Source: Antedon mediterranea
Lineage: Eukaryota > Animalia > Echinodermata
Assembly: GCF_964355755.1 (NCBI RefSeq)
Contig: NC_092670.1
Location: forward strand, 21,376,795-21,440,794
Direction: 5' to 3'
DNA length: 64,000 bases
The notes below the pieces were generated by a model that was not told the origin of the DNA, did not search any database, and saw only the letters and a list, made by a program, of their open reading frames with translations. Below are positions 24,601 to 39,600 of the stretch, piece by piece (positions within the stretch are counted from its first letter, which is position 1; each line of letters begins with the position of its first letter). A program made the translations under genes and the position numbers.

Positions 24601-27600
24601 TAACTTCCAATACAAACTGAATGATGATATCATGTCATTTTTTTCTGAAGAGTATATCTTTGGACTGGAGGGCTTCTACCACAAATAAATGATTCAATTT
24701 TTGTTTAATGTACATGAATAAAAGAACTTTAGAAATTCACGGTATTTTACTCTCTGAAACCTAGAACATTACCATAAATTATCAGCATGTGATCACAAAA
24801 AAGTGCCTTAGCAAATCCCTCAAATAAGTATTTACGAAAAGTAGTTTAAATTCTCTTGTTATCTGTTGTCATGCTCTTCTGTTGAAGGTTATTCTTATCT
24901 CAGTGTTTAACTTGGCTTTGATGGTTCGTTATTACTTAATATTACGAGTCCTTCTGTGACCTTACAGAAAACTACATTTTTTCACTACTACTGTACTTGA
25001 GTTTTTATGTACTGGAACTTTAGAGGCTCCACCACATTTTCAAAATTTCAAAATTAATTCTAAGACAAGTTATAGAAAAATTTCAACTTGATAGTATGAT
25101 AAGAAAACATTTTATGAGCTTATAGAATATTTAAATTACAATATTAATATTGTGATATGAACTTTACTTTAGAAGTCATTGTTAAATTATATCAACAAAT
25201 ATTAAATGATTGAAATATTATTGTTTCTAATATTATACAAGATTGCATTTGACCTCTTAGATTAAGTATTGTTGCATAAACAATTTTTTGTGATGTTTTT
25301 ACATATGTCATTATCATTGCTAACTGTTATTTACTTAAGTTAATTCATCAAGTTGACTTTGTATATATAGTAAGTTGAAATAATATATTTTGACAAGGAA
25401 GGACGAAGCTGCTGAGCGGTTTGGATGACGTCAAATCCAACAGGCAGGTAGAACAAAGACCGAGTGCACATCGTGCTTCTCACAGAGGGAGTGATTTGTA
25501 CCTTCGTATTTCTTGTTTACATTTCTCCGTTGTCACTCGTAATGCTCTGTGTTTTTGATGAGATATAAAAACAATGGTTTGATTGGGCCACAGGAATCGT
25601 AGATGTGTGGTTAAGCGTGTGCTGTAGGACACCATGGTGGTTTAGACCTGCTCAGCATCTTGATAAGAGGTTGTACCTATAAGGCCGTTTGTTTAGGTGT
25701 TTATGTAAAAAGATTTGTTATAAATCCTTTTATAATCCCCGTGGGGTAGATGAAGATTAGTATGCCATCTCTGTATCTGATAACAAGACAACTATCATTG
25801 ATATTTGTTCTATGTCTGTCATTTATGTTAAAGGTAAAAAGTGAAGGTGAGCGGTGTATACATGTGATAGAATGTGTTTAGTTTTCCACTTATAAAATCG
25901 TCTCTTTACTATCTATAATTTTTCTCGAAAACCAACCATGAGAAATGGCAACTTTACATTATATCAGATACTTTTGCAACCAGATCCATCCATCGTCATA
26001 TTCAATTAGAAATTAACTTTTATTGTACCTAGTTTAAGAGGTGGCAATGTAAATTCAAAACATACTGTATATTCCAACATGAATGTGAAATGTTTGTTAC
26101 TCTGCCATACCATTTATTCTTTCCAAATCAAAAGAAGCATTTCAGAGACATACTGTACTAGTAGCCAAACACTTCACTCCTTCCAAATTAACTTTCCTTT
26201 AACTATCTATAATTCTTGTCGAAACCAACCATGAGAAATGCCAACTTTACATTTTATCAGTTACTTTTGCAACAAGACTGCTTTGTCTTTTTTGTCAATT
26301 CCAAATTAACTTACAATTGTTTTACTCGAAAACCACCTGCCAAACAAGTATAGCTTTTTACCCAAATATGACCAAAGTATAGAAATAAATAGCATTCATT
26401 AAACAGCCTGAAATTTAATTTATCTGTTTGAGAATTTACAGACTTTCCTGAAATTATTGTTGCTTTTTGGTATCCAATTAGTTCAAACTTCTTGCACGCA
26501 TTGATTTTTACAAACCATTTAATTGTCTAATTTGATACTGGTGACTTTGAAATGTTGCCTAGTTATTGTTTCTTGGTAACTTAACAGTTTAATTGTTTTA
26601 CTGTTGTGACTTTCCCAATACCGGACTATAATTTATATCTGAAATCTAGAAACCTTTGCTTAGCAATGTATTCAGTTTCTATAGTTAAAGTGTAATATTA
26701 ATTGACCATTTAGTAGAATCATAACTAACTAGTTAGTTAGCAAGGTAATTATATAAATTTATTAGCAACATAATGTGTGGCTTGGTGTCGTTATATAATA
26801 CTTTATAGCAATGTCAAGAATTGGTAAAACTATATCTTATTTCAAGTGTACTACATCCATAGTACTCTATGTGGTGTTATGTCATAATTTAAAACGCTAT
26901 ATAAATTACTATAGTTTATCCTAAACTCCTAATTGCAATTATTATAATTGTCTTACTTCATTAATGATTAATATTGGTTAATAACGCATTGAAATTGAAT
27001 ACAAAAATAACCTTTTAGCTGAAATTACAAACACTAGAAAATGAGTGGGCTCTGATTAAATCATTTCCCTGATTTGCAGCAAAGTTATTGGCATAACATT
27101 GTAGAATAGCATTTAAATTAGTAGAGAAAATCCAATTTGGATGACAAGCCGTTGACGGAGACCAACAGGCTTGGCTGGTATTACTAGAGGGTGGTAGTTC
27201 AGAAATACGAAGACCTAACCATCAGGTGTAAATGCCAGCTACCAACTGTCAAAATCAGGAAAGGATCTGTTAACAGAGGAATGTGGCTTTATTGTAAACA
27301 AGAATACCTAAAAATTGTCTGCTAGATGGCTGTTTTATTTACTTGACATTCAACCTTCTTCGTAAAGAAAAATATGCCTAAGATTGTTTGTCAGATGGCT
27401 GTTGCATTTTAATTTTAGAATCCCTCTGAACAAAAAACAATATATAGCAAAAAATGTCCGCTAAATATGGTTTAATTTTCTGTAGTTTATTTTCAACACT
27501 GATTGAAAGCTTGGCAACCACATTACCAATTCTAAATTTGATTTGATTTTCATTAGATATTTCTTTTGTGGTAGAAGCATTACTTTGTTTAAAAAATAGG

Positions 27601-30600
27601 AAAATGTAGTCTAGAAAGTCTACTAATTACCTGTTCTTCTACAAAACCAACAAACTACAGACAATTTTCCAGATGTGTCCTTGAATTTAGCTATAGGTAT
27701 TCTATCACGCAATCTCCAAAATTTAATTTTACACGTAGAAGAGGAATTAAACAGTTCCCTTTCATATCTAAATCAGTTAGAGCATCTTCCGAGTTTCTAT
27801 GGCAACTAAACAGATGTGCAGTTTTGTCGGCGAATGGTTTGTTGGGATGATTTTTGTGAGGTTCATTAAATTAGCATTAGCATCAGGTGGTTATATCTCA
27901 GGTAGATTGTTTTTCGCTGATCTTGTCATATCTCATCCATGATGTTTTTCAGGACATCTTTGATTGAATTAGTCAGCTGTTGAATGGTTCACAGCGACTG
28001 GGGTTAATATATTCATCTAAGGTCATTTAAATATGGGCTAAAGGAGCATTATGAGTTAAGTTCAAATCGTCAAGTCAATTCGCAAAACATTATTAATTAA
28101 AATCATAAATAACGAAAACTCTTCAGGATGTTTATGCATGGATGAATGTGTTTATGTTGACAATATTTCTTTAAATGTTAACATCCTCCTTACTCATGCC
28201 TTCATTCTCATTAGTCATAATTTATCGTTTTGATAACTTATTATCTACTTTTGTGACTTTAATTAACTTAAGTTTGTACTTGATTAGCTAACTAGCTTAA
28301 TTAAGTTAAATTACTTTTTCCACCAATCTTACACGAAATTAAGTTTTGTTTTTAATTTGTAACACCAATTACAGCAGGCCATGAGCCAAGCTGGCTTTTA
28401 TCTCATTTTAATTAGATAAAAATGGTCTGTCTAGAAAAGAAAAAAAAATTTGTTGGAATTTTTTATTTGGCTTTACTTACTTTACTTTAAATTAATCAAA
28501 CACCATTGGTTTCTTCTGGAATATTGACGGAAAAATGGCATTGAATGAATATGGTATCTTTGTCCTTCAGATGTGATCTTAAGCTTTTGTAAATAATATA
28601 CAAATTAATGCTAATAATATACAAGTTTAATTTTTTTGTTAGCTATCTGTACCTGTTATTACCATGACATGTTGTTTTGTCTGAAAATAAAGGTATACAT
28701 ATTTGTAACCTAACCTGTTAAATATACCCTAAAGAGGAAACTACTGTATGCTGAGGGCTAAAACACAACAAATATCCTACCGATGGTTGTTATTTTTTAT
28801 CTACCTTACCTAAAGAGTTAAAACCAAAAAAGTATCATTACACCTTGTCTAATATGATAATTGCAATCTGTTCAAAAGGTGCACTGCATTAGATTCAACT
28901 TGGGAATAATTTGAACCCAAATAACTGGTATGTTTTGGCTTTCTGGCTGTGAATTTGTCCTTCTAGTTCTAATTTTGTACGCTTCCAACGGAGTTGAGCA
29001 TTAGAATTTAGTTTATTTTACCAAAACTTATATTCCCAGTGGAAGATACTATTAGAAAATGTGAAAACAATAAGTTTGTTCCACCGGAAGAATTGTACCA
29101 CTTTCTGCAATTTTATCCCTGATAATACTCTCAAAACCTTTTTAAAAATAGGTTTGGCCTGCCTCGTGCTTGTCGTGTGCCTGTGACATCTCTCTTGAAG
29201 ACCCTGTCGTACACTATCATGACCCTTGCTAAATCTATTTATCATAATCTAACTTATAATGTGTGTAGGAATTTCAAATCGGCCCACGCTTATCGGCTGC
29301 CTGTCAAGCTATGGGCTCATCAATCAAATCAATCCCCAACAGCTCTTATATCTGATGATGAGACTCAATAAGGGACCATATCAGTAAAATACACATGCAG
29401 TCTTTTACTGCAGTAATTGCAGTAACTTCAGGAAATTAGTTTATTTAAACCAAAATATTAGCAATATTAGCAACAATCCTTTTAATGTAATTCTTCATTG
29501 TCAATAAACTGGACAGGTTGTGTCAAAAGGAAACCTAGTTTTGCTTTACAACGCCCTGCTCAAGCAGATACTGCCTATTATTTATATTTCAAGAAAAATA
29601 CAGTGTAATATACTCACCAACGTTATTTCATTTTATTGTATTTTACAATATTTATTTCAAGAAATCTGCAGTAACTGCAGAAGTGTATATTTGACACAAT
29701 CCCTAAGACATTGTCATTACTAAATAACACATTGCTTTACAGGTGTGTCTATCACCAGATTCATAGGTCAGAGGTTAATCTTTAACCAGTGGTAGTATTT
29801 TAGGTCGAAGGTTAAGCCGGACCTGAAGGAGTGGAATGAACTGATTGTTCGCACATTATTACTCCAATGACTTTTCACAGGTTATTACAAGCAGCCAGTG
29901 AATTACAGATTTAAAACACATCTAAAAGATTTACTTTTGACAAGTAACCACGAGTTACTAGTTACCCCTACTTAGAATTTTTACTAAATTTTCAACAAAA
30001 ATTCCTAAATTTGGACTGAATGGTAGCTTTCCTTATACTTAGATATTTTCAACTTAGAAAGAAGAAGTAGAAGATTTAATTTTAATGGTCAATTTTGATT
30101 TTCGAAAAAAAAGAAAGAATAATTAAAATTAAATACAATTTTTAATAATTAATATAAAAATATAGGTTAAAATATTTTCTTACAAAACCTGAATAAATTA
30201 ATTTGTAATGGTTTAATTCTCTATTGGTCAGTCTGTCAGGTCTCAAATAATGTACTTTTTATGTCTGTATGCAAACATCTGTCCACAATAAGTAGTTTCC
30301 CCTAATTTGGCATCTTGACTACACATGCGGGAATAGCATTTTATGAATGATTAATGATGAGGTAGTGATTGGTTAAAACTACTGTGTTGAAAAATTTAGT
30401 TTTTATTTGTTTCCGTCAATGCTTGTTCTCTCTGAATGGGTGGTATTTTATTGGTACCAATGTTTGCTGTTACATTTACCAATGGTTACCATTTACTTTA
30501 TATTTATAGTTCATAGTTTGAACCCCGGTTAGGGACAAGCACGTATATCACATTATGATTTGGGTCCAGCATAGACATTTCTCCACTTTCTCTTTAGTTC

Positions 30601-33600
30601 TTCACTTTTGTTTTTAGCACCCTACAAAAACCATTTACCATTTAAATAAGAGTTGTAATAGTTGTAATAGTTAAATATGACTTTAACCTGCCGACCCAGA
30701 TCCAGCAATTGACGCGACCAAGTTATTTTGTCAGGATTGTGCAGAGACCTTAAAGTCGGTCTATAAAAAAAATATGTAAATAATTAACACAAAAGTATAC
30801 TATTTTTTAGAAAAATGAAATTGAATTATTGTTTACAACCATTTAAATAGGTCTAGTGTCATTTACAAATTCCCTTCTTACTACCTGTTTGCAGATTTAT
30901 TGAGTCCTGCCTGCCAGACCTCCAATGTTATTTCTATTTCAATTTAATTTTCAATTCATCAAAATTAAAAGGTCTGGAAATATTCCAAAACAATATAACA
31001 CCCCAGAGAGGGTCTATTCACCACTCAATGAAAGCGACAATTGTAAATATAAAACAATACATCATATTAAATTTCCAGCTGGTGACAGAGGGGCATTTTT
31101 GTACCCCTTTGGTACCAATATTACCTTGCCTAATTATTGTATGTCCTTGTCTGGTGTTGTGGCTACTTTACTTCTGTGAAAAGTATTTAAACTTAAATGT
31201 AAATGGTTTTACACTAGTTCACCTTGGAAACAAATGTGCAACCTGTTAAATTTAAACTTCAAAATTAAAACCTCATCATTAATGTGCTCATCCTCCATAA
31301 CCAGTCAGTGCTGAACTAATGCCTTCCTTCATTCCGGACGACGTTTTCAATTTAACAACCACGGAAAGTTTGTTTTCCCTCTTTTATTTGTTTTGCTATG
31401 AACCAACCTTTGTTGTTCAAAAGTGTGCCATCTTTATCAAATAAATAATTAGAACATTGGATGGACTTGCTTTAAGGTGTGAAGAACAAATGTACTGCAG
31501 TGGAAGTAGGTGTTGATAGACTTTGGTTGGTTGTATACCGTTATTCATTTGTCACTGTTTCTTTAAGATATAGGTACCACTATTCCTTTAAGAAACGGAT
31601 GTCTTAATTTCTTTTATTATTATTACTATTTTTTTTTTATACTTATTTGCATCACTGATCCTTTAATAAATAATGTATAAATAAAAATGTTGATAAATTT
31701 ATCAGTGAATGTGAGAACATTTTGGTGAAATCATCAGCTTGCCCAAAATTCCAATGTTGAATTTCAACAAACTCTGTTCAGATAGTTTCTTGAAATCTCA
31801 CAACAGTTTGTATAACAATTCTCATAATTAATGTGATTTACTGGATTTTGTTTAACTAAAATCAAGGATCTTTTCAACAGTTTACCTAACAATTAACATA
31901 ACAAAGTGATTTACTAGAAAAACTTAAATAAATTCACTAATTGAATAAAAATCAAGGATAGCCATTGGCCTTTCTACCAATAACCAATTTCAGTGTCTAA
32001 TAAACTTTTTTTTTTATTTGAAATTTTGAAGAATATCCAAGGATAATCATGCAACTCTATTAGGCACGTTTTCCACTATTAGTATGCTTGGTTCCCACTA
32101 GAGATGCAAAACAAGGATGTAATGCAATGGATTATTTGAACTGTCGCTTGTCGTTGGTCAACACGCTTACATTGCGTTTTCATCCTTGCGTTGCGTTCTA
32201 GGGGGAACCAAGCTTTAGTAGATGCACCTGACTCACGACAGGAATAAATGTTACAAAATAGTAGAACGTGCTATAACAACGATGAAGCGTATTGATATAT
32301 TAGTAATAGAATACCCTGTAATAAAATTTCAAATACTCTTAAAATACAAAGATTACTGGTTTCCATTTCCTGTTAATCAACAACTTCATTGTTCAGGGGC
32401 GTGCAAATCCAGAATTTAGGGGATGTACCACATGGCACAAAGCAATACACAATTGAACCTTTTAATCATTTATTCAACCCGTCTTTTTTCACCAATTAAC
32501 AGAATGTGTTAGGATGTTTGGGTTTATGGTGTCAATGTGCCCTCTGGGAATTGACCATTAGAGTGGCCTGATGGTCACTTTTACCTAACAGGTGTTGGTT
32601 AACACATTTCATTACTTTAATTCACTTTGGCTTGTTTTGACTTGAAAGATTGGATTTAGCTCTCCAGTTAATTGAGTTGTGGAGACATTTCAGTAATGAT
32701 GTTTTAATAATGATTTCTTTTCTCAAATTCAGTGGTCCAAGCGAGTCTGTGGTATTATAAAGCACAATGGTTTTTCGGTTGTGCTTGCAGATTACTAGGT
32801 TCAAATCCTGTCTATATTCAGATATATCATCTCAAAGATAACAGTGCTACCTAACCTTACCCAATAAACATTGCTTCAATTTTCTATGACCAGCTTTTTT
32901 TTTATGATGATGTACTGTACTAATTATGAAAGTGGAGGGAATATTTCAGTACTTTAAAGTCTGAGACACCAATGTTAATTAGCCTACTGTAATTTTAATA
33001 ATAGATTTTGAATCATACGTTCTTAAGGTGTTGATCAGAAGGAAAACTAGTTGTTGTCGATTAATAATGACCTGCTTATACATGTGCATCAGGAATGTAA
33101 TCCTATTATTATATACCATTAAGTATAGATACTTTAGTGCAGCCACCTATTTTTGTTGGGAAGTGTTATCATCAGATTTCAAGTTTATATTTTGAGATGT
33201 TGCTATTAAAAAATTATGACGAGTTATTTTTAAGCCATTGATGGAAAGTATAGGTTCACAAACAGTTGGTCACAATTTAGTAAATTAGATCATTCCTAGT
33301 GGCTCAATACTTTACTGTTTGTCTTGTCATTCTTGGGTTTGGGTTCAATTCATTCAGGCAAATTATAAACAAACTTGTTAAGTTAATATCAACCCACTCA
33401 TTGTCTAGAAATGATTTCAGACAACCAAAATGTCCCAAATTGGTTCGCTTTTGTTTTTAACAACCTATCAAATCAGGGCCTTTTTTATGTCTTAATAATA
33501 GCAATGAAAGACAACATGAAATGTAATGTAAACTGGTGGGCATATTGAATTACTAATTAGTTTTTATTCCGTTATTAAAACATTCTGTAGTAGTAGAATA

Positions 33601-36600
33601 GCAATGTAACAGAAACAAACGCAAGCAATCTTGAATGTATCTCATTATGAGGGGGTATAAAAACACGATATCTTACAACGCCAGCACGTAAAAATTCCAA
33701 ATATGAGTGAAAGTTCTTAACTGATATTATGTATACTAGAATCCATTAAGTTTCCTTGGTCACCATGACAACGGGAGACAAAATGTCAGAAGGTTGTACT
33801 TGTTGCTAAGGACAAGATAGTTAGCCTGGTGACGTAAAGCACCTCCTGTGGTGAGGTGTTGTCTTTTGGCACACTTCGTTGATAGCCTATCATAGTCTAT
33901 TTAGATCACAGAATGGCTTTTTTTGTGATTATCATATTACAACACTGAGTGTATTGAAAGCTTTATGTTATAATGAAATTGATTAGTTTGTAAATAAAAT
34001 GTGTTTGTCATATCAGAAAATATTGTAGAAGCAAAATCATTGATTGAGATTGAACAGCTTAGTAAAGTAACCGGTGTGAGGGAGTAATTGGTCAGGTTAC
34101 TTCCAAATTTGTTTGCTAGTGTTCTCAAATGTACTGATTAACATTTACATCAAACAAGGCAAAACATCTGACAAATAAATAATTATTTGTTATTGCTGAA
34201 TTCAATCTCTGCTTTAGACCTACTTTTCCAAATAATATTGACACTTTTAAAAACTAAAAAGGGTGTATATAATGGGAAAAATATGTATTGCCTGGAAAAA
34301 TAGTTCTTGCAAGATTATTGGAAGAGATTCAAAATTGCCATTACAGATCTGGAAAATTGGTTCAATGTGAAAGAAAAAAATGAATACAAGTTCTAATAAA
34401 AAAAAGAAGTTTAGAATGGGACATAAACTAATGTTAAGTATAGCATTGATAGAGGTTTCTTGTGAATGAACCTAGAGACGTGAATGTGGAAATGGAATGC
34501 TAAATAGGTCAATCACCAAAGTCACACGTGACACCAGACCTCATCTTACAGAAGTTGCTAGTAATTGTCACTTTCATCAAGATGGTACTAGCAAAGTGAA
34601 ACACATCCACAGAGATGTTGTTAAGTAAACTTTTAGGACAAAGAGATGGATAATCCTATAATAAGAAACACCACCTTGTACCACTCAAATATGGTAATAA
34701 TTTTCACACTGATTTTGATAGTAACACAGATATAAACTTTGCATATTGGAAACAAATTTAGTTGGTATTACTCCTTTTATGTGCACTTTAGGCCTATATG
34801 ATTGCACATTTAGATCGGTGAGTAGAAGAAGAAGATCTTTGACAATAAGATCAACCAAGCTACAGATAATATAATAATAAAATAAGTTGAAGAAATAAGA
34901 CAGACATATGAACAGACATTCTGCAATTATTGAAAGACATTATTTACATTTAGATATTTCTATTTAAAGTTGGTTAAAATTTTTGTCGAAAAGTTGTTTC
35001 AGTTTTTCATCACTCAGACTTGCTAATGGACAGTGTCACAGGTGAAAAAATGAGCATTAACCTAAGAACACAACTGACCATTTAACTTAGTAAGATATAC
35101 TTCATGATAACTGACCAACAGTGTATGTCTATGCAACAGTAACTGACCAGGTTTCACTTTAACCTAGCCTAGGGTATAGTAACAGATAACACATTGATGA
35201 TTTTTAATCCGACAAACAGCGACCACCAACAGTTCTTTATCAGGACTAGGGATGTACGTGGTAGGGGTTACGCCTCTAGGTGTATGCGATCTAAAGTGTT
35301 AGCATCGTGTATGTTGGTGTCTAGTTGCAAACGAGTCAATTTTGATGCTGCCATAGTTGTTGTGTTTTCATCGACGCTTGCTGATTTGCTTTTCATTCTG
35401 CACCTGTTTCTGTGTATGAATGAGGCAAGAACATTTCTTTTTTAAACTTTAAAGATCTTAAACTTTAAAGATCTGCTGTCTATTAACAACACTTTCCTTT
35501 ATAATATTAAACTACTACTTTTTATTTACTGTAAATAGAAAATATCTACAAATTAATACAATGTTATTTGTTATCCAATATACTGTGGAATATTTGAAAG
35601 AAATAAACTTCTAATTTGGCATCGTTATCCTTAAAGTATTATTAGCGTTCGGGTTGCTTTTGAGATTTTGTATTTAAATATATATTATTACATCATTTTT
35701 TCAGTATGACTGCTATACTATTACCTATAAATTAAGTCCACAGGCTTGTTTTTGAATAATTTGTCACTAGAAAACCGCTCCTTGTTTATTGAGTAATGTA
35801 CAACTCTACAGTTGTTTCGTCTGTTTTGTTTACCATCAGTAGTAGACCTAATAATAACTTTCAAAACAGAAAAACTTAATCACTTTACCTACATCATGCC
35901 TTTAGTGTTATTGCAAAACAACAACCTTTAAAGTGTTGATTAATTCACTTACAAAAAATAACGCCAAATCATGAACCACAATCTGAGCCATTTCCAATTA
36001 ATATTGCTGTAGCATTTTCAACTGACCTTTCGCTCTTCCAGTCCCTAGTCTAAAGGACCTCCATCAGCAAAACTTTATAATTTGATATGGTGATAATTGT
36101 GAAAACACGAACAGTGGTAGAGGGGATACACTTAAAAACAGATGTAAGGGGGAACTGATTGACTTGTGTGTATAGTAACCATGGAAACCTTTGGTGTTGC
36201 TGAACAGCTGACTGTCTTAGTAAAAGTAGTAGTAAAGTAGTAGTAGTCTTAAATTAACTCAATAATTATTATTTTTAAAAATGTTTTAAATGTGAAATTT
36301 TTGACCAAACAAGTAAGAACAAGTGTAGGCTAAAATAATACCGAATAATATCCCATCCCTTCACCTTCAATTTTAACTTTCTGTAAATCTTTAGTTAGTT
36401 TGTACAATATAAAAAAATAAAAACTAGGCCTGGAGAAAAATGTACTATTGGTATGTGTATAAACAATAGGGACATCCTCTATTATGCTATGTTTATGGGC
36501 ACAGAGGATGTGTCCACTATTATACTATGTTTATAGACAACAGTGATAGGCTTCACAGTATGCTATGTTTATAGGTAACAGAGGTAGGATCAACTAACAA

Positions 36601-39600
36601 TGATAACAAGGCAGGAATTTAGTGCACCTCTCGGCACGTGCCTCTACCCATATCGCCTAAACATAATAACAACCAGCTGGTTTGGTTTCCATGTGCCTCA
36701 AAATAAAAGATGATAAAAACTTGATTGGTGGTGTGGAGGAATGTCAGTCTCGTGCAGGAATATAAATTGCTTGTTCTGGACTTCAAAATAAAAGAGTGTA
36801 TGGAGGTATGCGAGCTTGTGCGCAACATGTTACATCCTGATTGGTGGATGGGGATGTACAAACCTCTGTGGGCTACTTAATGTACCTTTGTGGCCTGCTT
36901 ATGACCCAAGTTTCCTAGCTGGATTATTTGTAGATGCTGGGGTAACCTAAACTTGTAATATAATGATCAATTTATAAACCACAGTGGTTAAAGGTACAAA
37001 TAGTTTTTATAATTTTATATTACATCCTACATTTTATAGATTCTTTTTTAATTCAATCTGGATATTTAAAGAATAAATAGTGAGTGGATGTTTCAGTGTT
37101 TTGTCTAATTTATTGGGTTTTTTTAAGATACAAAATATTGATTTTTAATCCTATGATTATACTTCAAGAAAATATAGTTAAATTAAATTTTATGGTGGTC
37201 CAATCAGAATACTCGTTGAGCACGGCTTTTAGCCCGCTGTGCCTACTCCAGTAGTGTGTGACAGATGCGTTGTGTTTATACAGACATTTAGATTGGTTCC
37301 ACCCGCTGGGCTAGCGTAGTCTGAACCCTTGTCCGGTGAAATGATATATAGGTCTATGCAGGCAGGCTATTTGGATTGGGCAACCACCTCCGTAGTTTAG
37401 CTCATTTTCTGACCCTTCTTGTTTGAGGTGAATAGTGTTTCAACAACTTGAAGGAGATGCCCCTAGAATTTTCTTATTAATGATGTTGTAGCTAATAGTC
37501 TAAAAGTTGAAGTCTAAAAACATGCCTTGTATAGTTGTTTAGTGGAAGTGGTTGGGATCATTCAAATTTTTAACCGGCAGTTTTCTTCAGCTCTACTGCT
37601 TGGCACACACTAGGTCACTCATTTTACTTTAGCATCCACCCTAAGAGATTTTTTGGTAGCTTCCTGTAAGATTCTCATCAGTTAATTGCACCTTCTTATA
37701 TAGTTCATAACACACAATCACTACATCCTTGCAATCCGTAGCCATTTATCTTTAGGTGGTTGCTAGAACATTCTATTCTTAAGTGTTTAGTCTGGCCAGG
37801 ATAAAGACAATTTTAGACGAATGTTAATTTTCCTTTTCAAAATATGTCAACTTTGTCGAGATGTTAAAAAGAAAGTGACATAATACAATAGGATCACATG
37901 ACCAATGTGCGTAATTTGTGCTGATCTTTAATTGGTCGATTGTGATCATGACGCACTCATGAAGTGAGTTTGACTTTACTTGAGGAAATGTGATGTAAGC
38001 ATGGTAGATAAGGTGATTGTTGAGTCATTCTAAATTTGTAGACCGGATAGTATTAATTGTACGGGTTGTCTGAAGTGTGGGTTCATTTTATTAATACTAA
38101 AAGTATGTCAATGGGTTCCTATACCTATTTCAAGGAATTAAGAATGAAAAAGACGGGGAAATAGAAGTATAATAATAGAGAATTTGGATGAAATCTGAAC
38201 ATTTCAAATAGAATGCAACAAAAACTGTTGTGGTATAGCCTCTGAAGTACAATAACACTTATAAAGGGAGCCCCCCTCCCCCTCCCCTCATTATGGTGTT
38301 GTTAGTTATAAAACATATTGTTTCTCATCTATTTCACATGAAAGTGTCCTCTTAATATGGTTGTCCCAAATAAGAGGTTCATATTCTTCTCTTTTTGCGT
38401 ACCATACTCTTTGTGTAGTTTTGATTTAACCATCATCGTTTGTTTATCTTAAATAATTGGGAAAAAATTACTGTATCATCTGGCAACAGATGTGAGATAA
38501 AGGTGGACGTACTCTTGTTTAGATTCTCTTAGGTGATGCAGAAAGAGGCAGCAATTTCTTTGCCTTAGGCATCCCTGCCAAATTGCACATTTCAATAAAT
38601 CTTGTGTATCTTGTCAGGAGTGGAATAGGTGTCTTTTTAAAATTATGAATGAAATAAGAAATGTATGGTTATAACTTTACTGACATTTGGTAAATCTTAA
38701 AATGAAAAGAAAAACAAGGATAATCACAGTTTAATTATTGCAGACTAATCTCTGCTTCTATTTTTCAAAATCAGATAAGGTAATAAATAATTTAGATAAA
38801 ATACTTTCAGTATATTTAAATGGTAAGGATCTTATCTAGTTATACTGAAATTGTTTGATGACAATTGAAGAAATATTTAAAATCTATTAGCTGAAAAATT
38901 GCTTAAGACGGAAGTAGGGCTTGTACGTCAATACAGGATATGATGTTTTAGGCACAAATTGTGCGATCAACCACGACTTTCTGACTAACTTTTTGTTTCT
39001 GGAAAAACGGATCTTCCTCAACACAATGGTGACAGCTCATTATTTATGTTATTCTACTTTATATATTCTAATATAAAGGATTGGTTTTTTGTTGTTAATG
39101 GAATTAGCATTTCTAAGGAGATAAATTTGTGGAAGATTTTTTAGATGAATATGATAATTGGTAACCACGATGTGGATTATGCATCTAGAGGTCAGTGGTC
39201 CGAATCCTTCTCTAATCTATTTTGTTTAGTTGACTTATTATTCTTGTCAAATCTTACTGATGTACTGTTTATGGTGATGTTTATAATACAAATTATACTC
39301 TATTGTTTATAAGAAGAAGGCATAAGATACCATGTACTGTTTCACACTAAGAGATTTCAGTTTCTAATATTTAGAGTTCTAAAATTTAAATATAGGCCTA
39401 TTATAAAAAATATATATTAAAAAAAATATTCAACACAATTTAACCAGAACCTCAGACTATGTTTTATTGCTCAAATGAGTATACATTTTTTTAAACTTGT
39501 GTATCATATTAAATATCCAATGATGGCCAATTATAGTTTTTATTCCGATTTCGTAAAAAAAAGGAAACCGATTAGCGTGGATAATTAAGAACAGTAATAC

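Noticed and set aside
15694-30310. Isolated perfect CArG boxes (15694, 20859, 30301; also 62551)
   Set aside because: A few CC(A/T)6GG matches are expected by chance in 64 kb of AT-rich DNA; only the clustered and phased ones are reported.
32725-32812. tRNA gene (B-box-like ggttcaaatcc; similar fragments near 30515, 39190 and 45265)
   Set aside because: No cloverleaf can be built; at most degenerate tRNA-derived SINE heads.
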